Positions 1-8,547 of a stretch of 32,000 bases of DNA are shown here, piece by piece. The position numbers were made by a program, and so were the translations under genes. The notes beneath the pieces are model-generated. The model made no database searches, was not told where the DNA came from, and worked only from the letters and a program-made list of their open reading frames with translations. Source of the DNA: Candidatus Saccharimonadota bacterium (GTDB taxonomy: Bacteria > Patescibacteriota > Patescibacteriia > 2-12-FULL-60-25); the NCBI GenBank assembly GCA_016699205.1, contig CP064964.1:270001-302000 (forward strand), written 5' to 3'. Position 1 is the stretch's first letter. Each line of letters opens with the position of its first letter.

Positions 1-3000
1 TCGCCAGCTCGCGTTGTCGTTGCGGAGCCGTATGCCGTACTTGTGACATTGAAGATCGGGACTGGCGTTGCATCGCGCTGGCTGAAGCTTTCCGCATACG
101 GGTTTTCCGAGTTACGCGTGTCGACGAAGGCGCGGCATCCAATACCCTCTGCGCGACACAAACGCGTGAAGCGGAAGGCGTTCACTTCACGATTGAAGCG
201 ATCGGTGTAAGCACGGCAGCCGAGCATCGCCTGCGGTTCTGCGGCACCCGTGAATGAGCGGTCACAGGAGATTGGCGTGTTCCAAGAATTCTGGATGACA
301 AAGGCCGTGTCGCGAATGCGCTCGATGCGGACTTCATCGATAAAGGCGGCGCGGATTCCGGAGCCGGTGAGTGTCGTGATCAATGTCGAGGAAGATGCGA
401 GGGAAGCTCCCGAGAACAAGCCGACCGTGTAACGCTGCCAATCCGTTGCTAGACGAACTTGTCCGACCTGGTTGGCGGTTGCGCCAGGCGTTGCAGAATC
501 ACGAATACCGAAGGTCAAGGACAAATCATTGCGGCCCGCAGCCTTGGCCCAGAAGCTGACGCGATAGAGACCGTCGGATTCAGATGCAAAGTTGACGTTG
601 GTTGCAGGCTCGCTCTCGTTCAAACGTAAGCTCTGGTCGCCGACGAGCAAGGATTCTGGCGATGCCGTACCTGCGCTAAATGCACCGCGGCCTGAACGGA
701 AGTTTTCACTCACGAGGACCTGGGTGTTCCCGGCAGCAGAACCGGCGTAAGCACGACAAGAAGCTGCGGTAGCCGGACAAGATCGGCTCTCGCCCAAGTT
801 AGCGTTATAGAGACACTCGCCTGTTACGGTGCTGTAATCACCACCCGTCTTGGAACAGTCGTCGCGGCTTGTGGAGCGAGAGATGCGTAATGTAACACAA
901 TCTTCCGTCGAGAGAATCGTCTGCGAGTAATATCGGTAGTAAACATTTCCATCGCGATCGTAGAATTGGCGACAGTCTGGGTCGATACCGGTACGCCATA
1001 GACCTTCATTACAGGAAGAAGGCTCCTTGAAAGCGCCGTCTGGGCCACGCTTGGTCAAGACTTCTGGTCCCGGAGGCGTAACTCCCGATTGAGCGATGAG
1101 CGAGAATGTGCGCAATTGATAACCAGCTGTTTCCGAACCTTCCCATGTAAAGAATGTCTTACTAAGGGTAGCGCTCGGCAAGCGACAAGCGCGCAAATAG
1201 CTCCAATGTGAAGCCTGCTCCCCTCCTTCTGCGGCAGCCGCGACATTGGTGAACGCCTCACAACCAACCTGTTCTTGCGTACACTGGCGAGCTGTCGATG
1301 GAATAAAGTAGCTTGATGTAGCATCAGCAGGATCGCTAAAGCGGACATCCGGATCATTTACGAGGTCAAATGCAGCTGGCTGCTTGCGGAACTCGGCATA
1401 ACCAACACATTCCTGAGGACAGACATCATTAGATGTGAGGATAGCTGGAACTTCCGGACCGCCGGCCTTGTCTGTGTAACCCTGACAACTTGCATCGACT
1501 TGGCGGCAGACCTTTGCAAACGCGTTACAAGCGGCTGGGTCAGACGCAGCACCAGTACAATTCAAATCGTCCGGAGCGATCTTCATGTGCAAGACCGGCA
1601 AGTCACGAGCGGTACCAGCTAGATAGTTGGTAGCAAATTGACCTTCTTCAAGCTGAATCGCGTCAACGAGAGCATTGTTACCCTCGACTTCAACCACCGC
1701 GTAACGCGTTGAAGATACGGCCAAGAAGGAACATTCAAAACGGCTCCAGTTATTGTCGAGTACACGACCGGCCGTCGAAAGTTGAGGCTGCTGCTCTGCA
1801 AGACTACAACCTGAGCTCTTGTAGGCAGTCGAGAGCTCGGCCACTGGAGATTCGACCGGGGCGGCGCCAGGCGCGCTCCGCATCTGACGGACCATGATCG
1901 TTGCGAGCGGCGCAGCGCCGTTAGCACGCACCCAAGCAGAAACCGTATACAAACGGAGCGGAATCACATCGACATCCTGACGGAGACGGTTAGCAGCATC
2001 CGTGGCTACGGTGCCATCGAGTGATGGGCTTCCGGTTCCGACCGTCGGAGCGGAGTAAGCTCCGGCAGCCAGCTTGCGCCAGTTGTCGAGTGCGACCGGA
2101 TCGCCGCTCACGGTTTCAAATGACGGATTCTTAATAACATTCAATGCCGACTGTCCGACCTCGACACTTAAGAGACGCGTACAGCCTTCATCGGTAGCAG
2201 CACAAGGCTCAAGCGTTTTGTCGAAGTAGATCTTCTCCCCCACCGTCTGCCAGGCGCCGGTCGTGTCGCGAGTCGTCGCGTAGCCCAAACATCCGACATT
2301 TTCTGCACGGCAGACAGAGTAATCGATCGTGTTACGCAGATAAGAAACCGTTTGTCCGGCGCGATTGGAGAATGTGCGGCAGCTCGCGAAATCCTCCTGA
2401 CATTCATTGGCGTTAAAACGATAGACCGTCTTATCAGCGACACAGTAGCCATATCCGCCAACACACTCGCCAGCATCGTTGCGGCGGAGACATGTCTGAA
2501 TATCGCGGCACTCTTCACGTCGCTGTCCCAAACGGTTGGAGATAAGCGTGTCACCGTAACCAGTGAGCTGACATTGCTGCTGGAAGGAAGTCACGACCCA
2601 GTTTGGATCAACAAGCTTACACCATGGGTGCTCGGCATCGCGCTTGCCGTCCACATTACAGTTGGAAAAACCTTCAACAACTTCACGCAATGTCACACAG
2701 CCACCAGCACCCGCACAACGATCGATATTCTCAACAGAGTTGGCAGCGAATTCTAGACCTACAGGCAAAATACGCATCGCTCGGAGCTTCTGGAGGTTTC
2801 CAGCACAGTAGGCTTGGCGATAACAGTTTCGATCTTGGTTGTTGCGGACATCGCTGGTTGGAATGAGCTTCCAGTCGGCCTGGAGGAGCTTGTGCTCGTC
2901 GCTCATGGCGGCCTTGATCGTCAAACTTCCGCCAGCGGTCTTGCCTTGGATGAGCTGAGCGAGACGTTCATCAGCCGTACAGTTCCACAAGCCGCGATTA

Positions 3001-4127
3001 TCAGGACATGCGATGAGCTCGGCAGAAATCTCGACATCGCTGACACGCAAGAGGCTGACATTTTTCAAATCGACGTTGGCTTTGCGTGCATCGGTCTTGC
3101 TGCGGACACTGATAGCATCCGGACTAATGCCAACTTGCGTTGCTCCGGAGAAATCAAAGGCGCCGATAATACCGCGCTCCATGACGCGAGACAGCAATTT
3201 ATTGGCAAGCGTATTAATGAACATCGATGCCGTGTAAGACGCGAGCTGGGAAAAACCCTGCTCGAATGCCGTGGTCATCGTTGCTAAAAACGCATCAGAC
3301 TCGCTCTTTGATGGCTTCTCGACGATTTCTTCCGTCGTCTGCTCTTTTACGAGATTTGCCGGAGTCTTGATCGAGCCATCGACTTTACCCGTAACCGCCT
3401 TGAATCCATCGCCCTCTTCACGCTCTGATGTTGCTTTTTTGATTTCATCGGCGACATTAAAAGTCGAGCGCCCAAGAATCGTGGCGCTTACACCGAGTTC
3501 ACTCGCATTGGTATTAAAGCTTGCGCTGACAAAATCCGTAATTTCCGCATTCGATAAGGTGGTGTACAAGTTTTCGTAGTTGGAAACGATTTCTTGAAAA
3601 TCACAACGCGGGCGCGGGCGATTATTACAGTCCTGGCCTTCCGGACAAAGCTGGTCAAGTCCCGGGATAGAGTTCGAGATTGAAATTTGCAAGTTGAGCA
3701 ATTGACCTGGGTTAGGCGGACGACATAGATCGAAACCCGCATCCTGAAAAAATTCTTCTGACAAGGAGCCAATAAATTCTCCAGCCGCATCCTGACCAAC
3801 ATCCTCCAAATACGCACCAAAGCCTTTTTCAAAGGCAAGAGCCCCTTGACCGGTACCACCGCTCGCCAGATAGTTGGCAGCGTCATAGGCGATCTGTCCG
3901 GCAAAGGTGCGGGCGGCGTTGAAAAATGCCGTAACAGCGGCTTGTGAAAGCGCTTGGAAAATTTCATCAAGAACATCATTCGTCTTATCCGGAATGCTTT
4001 CCGTAACAACCACCGACAGCTGCGCATGCACCCTGTGCGTAACCAGCGGGCTTCCGACAACCACAACCGCGGCGAAAAAGCCGAGGATCGCGATGAGAAT
4101 GCGCTGCGAGAAAGGTCGATGGTTCAT
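1..4127 (-). CDS. Giant secreted cysteine-rich surface protein (>1375 aa). The 5' end is complete and the C-terminus lies beyond the left window edge. It has an N-terminal signal/anchor, recurring C-x6-C disulfide motifs and two CBM4/9-like jelly-roll modules.
   Basis: Hand translation of the minus strand from the ATG at 4127-4125 stays open to position 1, and I checked the frame at three separate places. The ORF is missing from the track only because no stop lies in the window; the other minus-strand ORFs listed in 1-4127 share a single different frame. The N-terminus MNHRPFSQRILIAILGFFAAVVVVGSPLVTHRVHA is hydrophobic. Seven C-x5-[GS]-C motifs are present (CTQEQVGC, CRAENVGC, CPATAASC, CRAEGIGC, CAATDEGC, CRQVDASC, CQEDFASC). 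Segments ending VDAIQLEEG and IDEVRIERI resemble carbohydrate-binding jelly rolls. Confidence 0.8.
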   Translation of the reverse strand, partial: MNHRPFSQRILIAILGFFAAVVVVGSPLVTHRVHAQLSVVVTESIPDKTNDVLDEIFQALSQAAVTAFFNAARTFAGQIAYDAANYLASGGTGQGALAFEKGFGAYLEDVGQDAAGEFIGSLSEEFFQDAGFDLCRPPNPGQLLNLQISISNSIPGLDQLCPEGQDCNNRPRPRCDFQEIVSNYENLYTTLSNAEITDFVSASFNTNASELGVSATILGRSTFNVADEIKKATSEREEGDGFKAVTGKVDGSIKTPANLVKEQTTEEIVEKPSKSESDAFLATMTTAFEQGFSQLASYTASMFINTLANKLLSRVMERGIIGAFDFSGATQVGISPDAISVRSKTDARKANVDLKNVSLLRVSDVEISAELIACPDNRGLWNCTADERLAQLIQGKTAGGSLTIKAAMSDEHKLLQADWKLIPTSDVRNNQDRNCYRQAYCAGNLQKLRAMRILPVGLEFAANSVENIDRCAGAGGCVTLREVVEGFSNCNVDGKRDAEHPWCKLVDPNWVVTSFQQQCQLTGYGDTLISNRLGQRREECRDIQTCLRRNDAGECVGGYGYCVADKTVYRFNANECQEDFASCRTFSNRAGQTVSYLRNTIDYSVCRAENVGCLGYATTRDTTGAWQTVGEKIYFDKTLEPCAATDEGCTRLLSVEVGQSALNVIKNPSFETVSGDPVALDNWRKLAAGAYSAPTVGTGSPSLDGTVATDAANRLRQDVDVIPLRLYTVSAWVRANGAAPLATIMVRQMRSAPGAAPVESPVAELSTAYKSSGCSLAEQQPQLSTAGRVLDNNWSRFECSFLAVSSTRYAVVEVEGNNALVDAIQLEEGQFATNYLAGTARDLPVLHMKIAPDDLNCTGAASDPAACNAFAKVCRQVDASCQGYTDKAGGPEVPAILTSNDVCPQECVGYAEFRKQPAAFDLVNDPDVRFSDPADATSSYFIPSTARQCTQEQVGCEAFTNVAAAAEGGEQASHWSYLRACRLPSATLSKTFFTWEGSETAGYQLRTFSLIAQSGVTPPGPEVLTKRGPDGAFKEPSSCNEGLWRTGIDPDCRQFYDRDGNVYYRYYSQTILSTEDCVTLRISRSTSRDDCSKTGGDYSTVTGECLYNANLGESRSCPATAASCRAYAGSAAGNTQVLVSENFRSGRGAFSAGTASPESLLVGDQSLRLNESEPATNVNFASESDGLYRVSFWAKAAGRNDLSLTFGIRDSATPGATANQVGQVRLATDWQRYTVGLFSGASLASSSTLITTLTGSGIRAAFIDEVRIERIRDTAFVIQNSWNTPISCDRSFTGAAEPQAMLGCRAYTDRFNREVNAFRFTRLCRAEGIGCRAFVDTRNSENPYAESFSQRDATPVPIFNVTSTAYGSATTTRAG

Positions 4128-4136
4128 ACCGTAGTG

Positions 4137-4862
4137 TTAAGGAGAGGTTGTGGTGCTTTGATTTGCGCTTGCATTATTAATGGATGCTTCACGGATTTTC
4201 AGAACTCGGGCGTAGGTCGTTGTATACACGGCTCTCACCTCGTCGTCCGAGAGCGACTGCAAGTTTTCTGGCGAGACCAAACTGTACCGGGTCAGGACTT
4301 CACGAATTTGTACCGGCGACATTAGCGAAGGGTCCTTGGCTTCTGCGATAAACTGCTGCGCATTTTTAATTTCCGTTGGCAGATTTGGATCGGCATTAAA
4401 TTGTGTCACATCGATCAAGTCGCTGAAGGTCGATGAAGCGGCGCCAGCTGGCTGCTGGTTGTCGAGCTGGATACAGGTTGTTCCGGCCGGACAATTTGGA
4501 TCGCTCGACTGCGCGATTTCAATCGCGTCGGGAATTCCGTCCGAATCCGTGTCGCCAAGATACGGGGAGGTACGGTAGACGTACAGCTCGCTGTAGTCGC
4601 TCAAGCCGTCGCGGTCTGTGTCTTTGGTTTTGGAAGCTTCAAGTTCATTCGCCTTTTCCGATTGGCGAGCGAGAAGTTCTTGGGCCGGCTTGAGGACGTT
4701 ATTTGAAATACGGAAAGGTGAAGTAATGTGCGCACGCAAGTAGACGGTTGAAAGAATCACGACAGCCATTCCGCAAATTCCTAAAATTGATACGGAAAAA
4801 CGGGTGTCCGTCGGCAATGAACGCCACCAATCTTTGACACGCTGCATGGGCGCCAAAGGCAT
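4137..4862 (-). CDS. Membrane-anchored protein with two thrombospondin type-3-like calcium-binding repeats, immediately upstream of the giant protein and probably co-transcribed with it
   Basis: This is the lower part of listed ORF 4137..5138. I chose the start at the ATG 4862-4860 (MPLAPMQRVKDWW...) because the longer version overlaps the divergent hsp20 gene. A TM helix (FSVSILGICGMAVVILSTVYL) is followed by DTDRDGLSDYSE and DTDSDGIPDAIE, both matching DxDxDGxxDxxE. The stop lies 9 nt before the ATG of the giant ORF. Confidence 0.65.
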   Translation of the reverse strand: MPLAPMQRVKDWWRSLPTDTRFSVSILGICGMAVVILSTVYLRAHITSPFRISNNVLKPAQELLARQSEKANELEASKTKDTDRDGLSDYSELYVYRTSPYLGDTDSDGIPDAIEIAQSSDPNCPAGTTCIQLDNQQPAGAASSTFSDLIDVTQFNADPNLPTEIKNAQQFIAEAKDPSLMSPVQIREVLTRYSLVSPENLQSLSDDEVRAVYTTTYARVLKIREASINNASANQSTTTSP

Positions 4863-4917
4863 GGGGGTATCATAGCACATGACAAAACCGGAAACGAGGC
4901 TTACACTTGTGTAAAAT

Positions 4918-5304
4918 ATGGCTCTCGAAGAATATCGATTGATGAATACCGAATCCCCTGCCGCCGAATGGTTCCGAAGTGAAAACGAGGGACAGCTGTC
5001 GGTGGATGTATTCCGCGAGGGAAATACGCTTGTTGTGCGCTCGACCCTTGCTGGCGCCAAGCCCGAAGACCTTGATATCGCCGTGAATGGCGACTTGCTA
5101 ACGATACGCGGAAGCCGCGAGGATAAGCGTGAAATCAATGAAGATGACTGGTTTCATCAGGAATGTCATTGGGGAACCTTTAGCCGCAGCCTTATTTTGC
5201 CGGTCGATGTTGTGGCTGATCAGGCTGATGCGACCCTTCGCGATGGTATTCTCGAGGTACGTATCCCGATAAGAGGCAGTCAGCGGCATATTCCGGTCAA
5301 TTAA
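4918..5304 (+). CDS. Hsp20/alpha-crystallin family small heat-shock protein
   Basis: The alpha-crystallin domain pattern is present: VDVFREGNTLVVRSTLAGAKPEDLDIAVNGDLLTIRGSRE...FSRSLILPVDVVADQADATLRDGILEVRIP. The start could instead be the internal Met at 4942. Confidence 0.9.
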   Translation: MALEEYRLMNTESPAAEWFRSENEGQLSVDVFREGNTLVVRSTLAGAKPEDLDIAVNGDLLTIRGSREDKREINEDDWFHQECHWGTFSRSLILPVDVVADQADATLRDGILEVRIPIRGSQRHIPVN

Positions 5305-5327
5305 CCATAGAGCCTAACGTAAAATAT

Positions 5328-5561
5328 ATGGGTTTTCTTCCGATGCCGGCCAAAGTAACACAGTTAGACGAACTATTCGTTTCCGTCGAAGTTGAAGGAC
5401 AATCGGTACGCATCCCCCGCTCTGCCATTGCCGGAAATGCCGTAATGGGTGATACATTACAGATTGTAGCCATCGCGCCAGGCAAACAGCAGGACACGGA
5501 TCAGGAAGTCGCCCGCGGCATGTTGAATCGTTTACTTGGAGAGGGAGCAACAAATGCATGA
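5328..5561 (+). CDS. Small hypothetical protein (77 aa), translationally coupled to the VanW-like gene
   Basis: The ORF ends in an ATGA overlap with the next gene's start (5558). Its composition is protein-like. I do not recognise the family. Confidence 0.45.
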   Translation: MGFLPMPAKVTQLDELFVSVEVEGQSVRIPRSAIAGNAVMGDTLQIVAIAPGKQQDTDQEVARGMLNRLLGEGATNA

Positions 5562-7459
5562 ACCTCATTGAAGCAAAACAACGCGGAAGACAGATCGCTT
5601 CCGCCTCTTTGATCGGAATAGCACTTGCCGGCGGTCTTGTTGCCTCGATTTTAGCCGGGCTTGGGGCCGCGGCTTATGGATACGAGGTTGTTTTCCGCGA
5701 CAAGTTTTTTCCAGGCGTACGAGTCGCCGGACTTACGCTAGATGGAATGACGCGCGCGCAAGCCGAGGCCGCCATTCAACGCCGTATTAACGATGCATTG
5801 GAGCCGGGTTTTATTTTCCGCTTGGAAGACAAACAAATCACGCTGCCGCGAAGCAATGTGCCTTTGGAAGATCCGGATCTCTCACATGATTTGATCTCTT
5901 ATGATCCGGCTCCAGCTGTGGATCAAGCTTTCTTGATGGGCCGATCGTCATCGAATGCCCTTTGGAATGCTATTGATCGAATCCGAATGTATCTTCAACC
6001 GACGGAAATCGAGGTAAAAACGATGGTTAACCGCGATTTAGCAGAGCGTCTTTTGTTGGGTGAGGTTGATCAGGCTATGCCGCTTATGCGGAATGCCGAG
6101 CTCCATGTATCGATTTCTACATCGACGGAAAGTGGTTTTGTGACCGATATTAAAGCGGAGCAAATTGGTAAGTCGGCGGATATTGTTTCTGCTGTCGCGA
6201 CGCTTGAGGCTCAAGCAAAGCAGATTGCTTTCCAGCCGATTCCGATCCGAATCATGAATGTCCTGCCTACGCTGACAACTGCGGATATTCGTCCTGTACT
6301 TTCCGGAATTCCCAGCTGGCTTTCCAAGGCACCGTTTACGATTACCAATGAGCTAAAGAGGCAAGCCGTAACGAGTTCAACGATCGCCGAATGGATTACC
6401 GCCAGCACGACACCAGCCGGCGTCGTTCTCGCGTTGGATCCCGAGCGCATCGAGAAGTCGATGGCAACGTTTACCAAGGATTTTTTGAAAGAGGCGCAGG
6501 ATGGAAAATTGACGCTTGAAAGCGATGGAAAGATCAAGGAATTCATCGCTCCGGTTGAGGGTATGCGCGTTGATGGGTCGCTTACTGCGGAAGGCGTTCT
6601 TGCTGCTTGGGCCGCTGGATCATCGACGGCACCGATTGTTTTTGCCCGCGTCTCGCCAAAAATTGAAGGAGCAGATGCAGAACGGCTCGGAATCAAAGAA
6701 TTGCTTGGCGTCGGACGGTCGTACTTTGATGGCTCTCCCTACAATCGACGTAGAAATATTGCCCTTGGTTCAAAAAAAATGAACGGGGTTTTGCTCGCGC
6801 CGGGTGAAATCTTTAGTCAGCTTGGGACTCTAGGTGAAATAGATGGAGCACATGGTTGGTTTCAAGAACTCGTTATCAAGGGCAATGAGACGACTCCCGA
6901 GTACGGAGGAGGGTTATGCCAAGTGGGCTCAACCAGCTTCCGTATGGCGCTTGCTTCCGGCTTAGAGATCGTTGAACGCCGCAATCACAGCTATCGCGTA
7001 CGCTACTACGAGCCTGCTGGAACAGATGCCACAATTTACTCTCCGGCTCCTGATTTCCGCTTTAAGAACAATACGAATCATCACATCTTGATTACATCCG
7101 AGATTAAAGGCGATATGCTCGCGTTTTACGCTTGGGGCACGAGTGATGGCCGTAAAGCGGAGCAGACAAAGCCAAAAATCTACAACATTGTTGCACCTCC
7201 GCCGATGAAGCTTGTCCCGACAACAGAGCTTCCGGTTGGTAAGCGCCGCTGCACGGAATCAGCCCATGCCGGAGCCACTGCTAGCTTTGATTACACCGTC
7301 ACTTTTCCGAATGGCGAGGTGAAGAAGGAGACATTTACAAGCTACTATCGACCATGGGGCGCCGTGTGCTTAGTGGGCGCAACAGCTGAGGATGTTGCCG
7401 CGTCCCAGAACCCTGCGGCACCGGTTGTCGACGAAACGGGCATTAATAATCCAAACTAA
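5558..7459 (+). CDS. VanW-like domain protein with an N-terminal transmembrane anchor
   Basis: The N-terminal TM segment is IASASLIGIALAGGLVASILAGLGAAAYG. The C-terminal part carries the VanW-type signature GGGLCQVGSTSFRMALASGLEIVERRNHSYRVRYYEPAGTDATIY. Confidence 0.85.
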   Translation: MNLIEAKQRGRQIASASLIGIALAGGLVASILAGLGAAAYGYEVVFRDKFFPGVRVAGLTLDGMTRAQAEAAIQRRINDALEPGFIFRLEDKQITLPRSNVPLEDPDLSHDLISYDPAPAVDQAFLMGRSSSNALWNAIDRIRMYLQPTEIEVKTMVNRDLAERLLLGEVDQAMPLMRNAELHVSISTSTESGFVTDIKAEQIGKSADIVSAVATLEAQAKQIAFQPIPIRIMNVLPTLTTADIRPVLSGIPSWLSKAPFTITNELKRQAVTSSTIAEWITASTTPAGVVLALDPERIEKSMATFTKDFLKEAQDGKLTLESDGKIKEFIAPVEGMRVDGSLTAEGVLAAWAAGSSTAPIVFARVSPKIEGADAERLGIKELLGVGRSYFDGSPYNRRRNIALGSKKMNGVLLAPGEIFSQLGTLGEIDGAHGWFQELVIKGNETTPEYGGGLCQVGSTSFRMALASGLEIVERRNHSYRVRYYEPAGTDATIYSPAPDFRFKNNTNHHILITSEIKGDMLAFYAWGTSDGRKAEQTKPKIYNIVAPPPMKLVPTTELPVGKRRCTESAHAGATASFDYTVTFPNGEVKKETFTSYYRPWGAVCLVGATAEDVAASQNPAAPVVDETGINNPN

Positions 7460-7484
7460 GGTCAAAATAGCTCGTTTCTAGCGC

Positions 7485-7513
7485 TTGACGGATTCTTTTA
7501 GATATGGTATACA
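7485..7513 (+). promoter_or_regulatory. Sigma70-type promoter (TTGACG, 17-nt spacer, TATACA, with a TG extended -10)
   Basis: TTGACG lies at 7485-7490, followed by a 17-nt spacer and TATACA at 7508-7513, which is preceded by TGG. No protein gene lies downstream on this strand. Confidence 0.5.
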
Positions 7514-7519
7514 TAAGTT

Positions 7520-7829
7520 AGCACTTTGAGCCGCCATGGCAGTTCCCAGAGGCGGGCTCATTTTTTGTCTCTCTACAGCGCTTTTGTGCCGGATAGAGTT
7601 GTCAGACCTTTGACACTTATCCACAGGCCTGCTAGTTTCAGACAAAAACTCACAAATCAACCAACGTTGGAGCAATCCGCGTCCACGACAAGCATGGGAT
7701 TTTTCAGCAGGGTGCCGCAGGTCTTCGGACTCGCTCTCCCCTATTGAAAAGTTTCTTGGATGCGGATTGCTCGAGCGCTGGTCGAAAGAAGCCCACTGAC
7801 TATAAATCAGTGGGCTTTTCGTTTTATTT
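7520..7829 (+). ncRNA. Candidate structured non-coding RNA of about 310 nt, class unknown, bounded by a promoter and an intrinsic terminator
   Basis: The 383-bp gap has no credible ORF. It contains an early terminator-like hairpin (7527-7566), a hairpin at 7591-7622, and a 15-bp long-range helix (7670-7684 with 7758-7772). That helix encloses a UUCG-capped hairpin (7720-7731). The locus ends in a terminator at 7789-7829. Confidence 0.4.
7789..7829. terminator. Bidirectional intrinsic terminator
   Basis: AAGCCCACTGA / loop CTATAAA / TCAGTGGGCTT forms the hairpin, followed by TTCGTTTTATTT on the plus strand. It sits between the ncRNA candidate and the end of the convergent minus-strand operon. 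Confidence 0.7.
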
Positions 7830-7842
7830 AATCGTTATACTG

Positions 7843-8214
7843 TTAAAGGAACTTGGTGAAGAGAGCCCCGAGAAAGGCACCCATACCAATCGTGAACAGT
7901 GTCCAGACACCGAAACCAATCTTCTTTCCAAAAATCCGGACATCTTCTTTCTCGACCTCGCGTACAATCACCTTTAGTGCATTCCGGGCTTCAACGTCAG
8001 TCGTCAGAATAGATCGGATTTGTTCCCATAGCACTTCTTTTACGGAAGTCTGTGTCTTGGCTGCTTGGCAGAATAACTCAGCAAATTTGTCGGGTCGATC
8101 GATTGCGTCATGGACGGTTTTCAAGTGCAGCTGATCTGTGACGCTAAAAGCGATGTTCTCGTCCTCACGACCAGAAGCGGCGGCGTCCGGTGCTCCATTT
8201 TTATCTTTTGCCAT
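7843..8214 (-). CDS. Hypothetical tail-anchored membrane protein (123 aa)
   Basis: The ORF has a soluble N-terminal part and a single C-terminal TM helix (IGFGVWTLFTIGMGAFLGALF). It is the last gene of the infB-trxA-trxB co-directional string. I do not recognise the family. Confidence 0.55.
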   Translation of the reverse strand: MAKDKNGAPDAAASGREDENIAFSVTDQLHLKTVHDAIDRPDKFAELFCQAAKTQTSVKEVLWEQIRSILTTDVEARNALKVIVREVEKEDVRIFGKKIGFGVWTLFTIGMGAFLGALFTKFL

Positions 8215-8228
8215 AGGTCGAGATAAAA

Positions 8229-8486
8229 TTACTGGTTACGCAAAAGGTTTTGATTTGGTGATACGGATATCTGGTCGCCATTCTCTTCGATATATAACTT
8301 CTTACTATCCTTGGTCTTCAACATGATCGCCATCGCAAAACGTAACAAGCTAGCCTCATCTTGGAACCCCCAAGCGGCGGCGGCTTCCTTCAAGGCCGCC
8401 AAATATCCATTGTTCAATCCCAAAAATTGACCTTCAAAATCAGAGCCTGATACATCCTCTTTGCTGTTGAACTGACGAATGGGCAT
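8229..8486 (-). CDS. Hypothetical small protein (85 aa)
   Basis: The ORF lies 14 nt upstream of the next minus-strand ORF and has protein-like composition. I do not recognise the family. Confidence 0.5.
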   Translation of the reverse strand: MPIRQFNSKEDVSGSDFEGQFLGLNNGYLAALKEAAAAWGFQDEASLLRFAMAIMLKTKDSKKLYIEENGDQISVSPNQNLLRNQ

Positions 8487-8547
8487 AGATTTTTTTATTA
8501 TATCTTTACGATAAACTCATGTTGTCTCGTAGTCAATTAGATCAAGC

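Noticed and set aside
4863-5138. N-terminal extension of ORF 4137..5138
   Set aside because: The extension runs antisense through the Hsp20 coding region and is Ser/Arg-rich and not protein-like. The hydrophobic anchor begins just after the Met at 4862.
7485-7829. Identification of the structured RNA as tmRNA, RNase P RNA or SRP RNA
   Set aside because: I looked on both strands for signature motifs and found none convincingly. These were the tmRNA GGGG...UUCGA...CCACCA ends and an Ala-rich tag ORF, the RNase P GAGGAAAGUCC and ACAGAA..CGGCUUA motifs, and the SRP GGAA-capped domain IV with AGCA. Short matches such as CAGGGUGCC and UCCACGACA are too small and in the wrong order. The class is left open.
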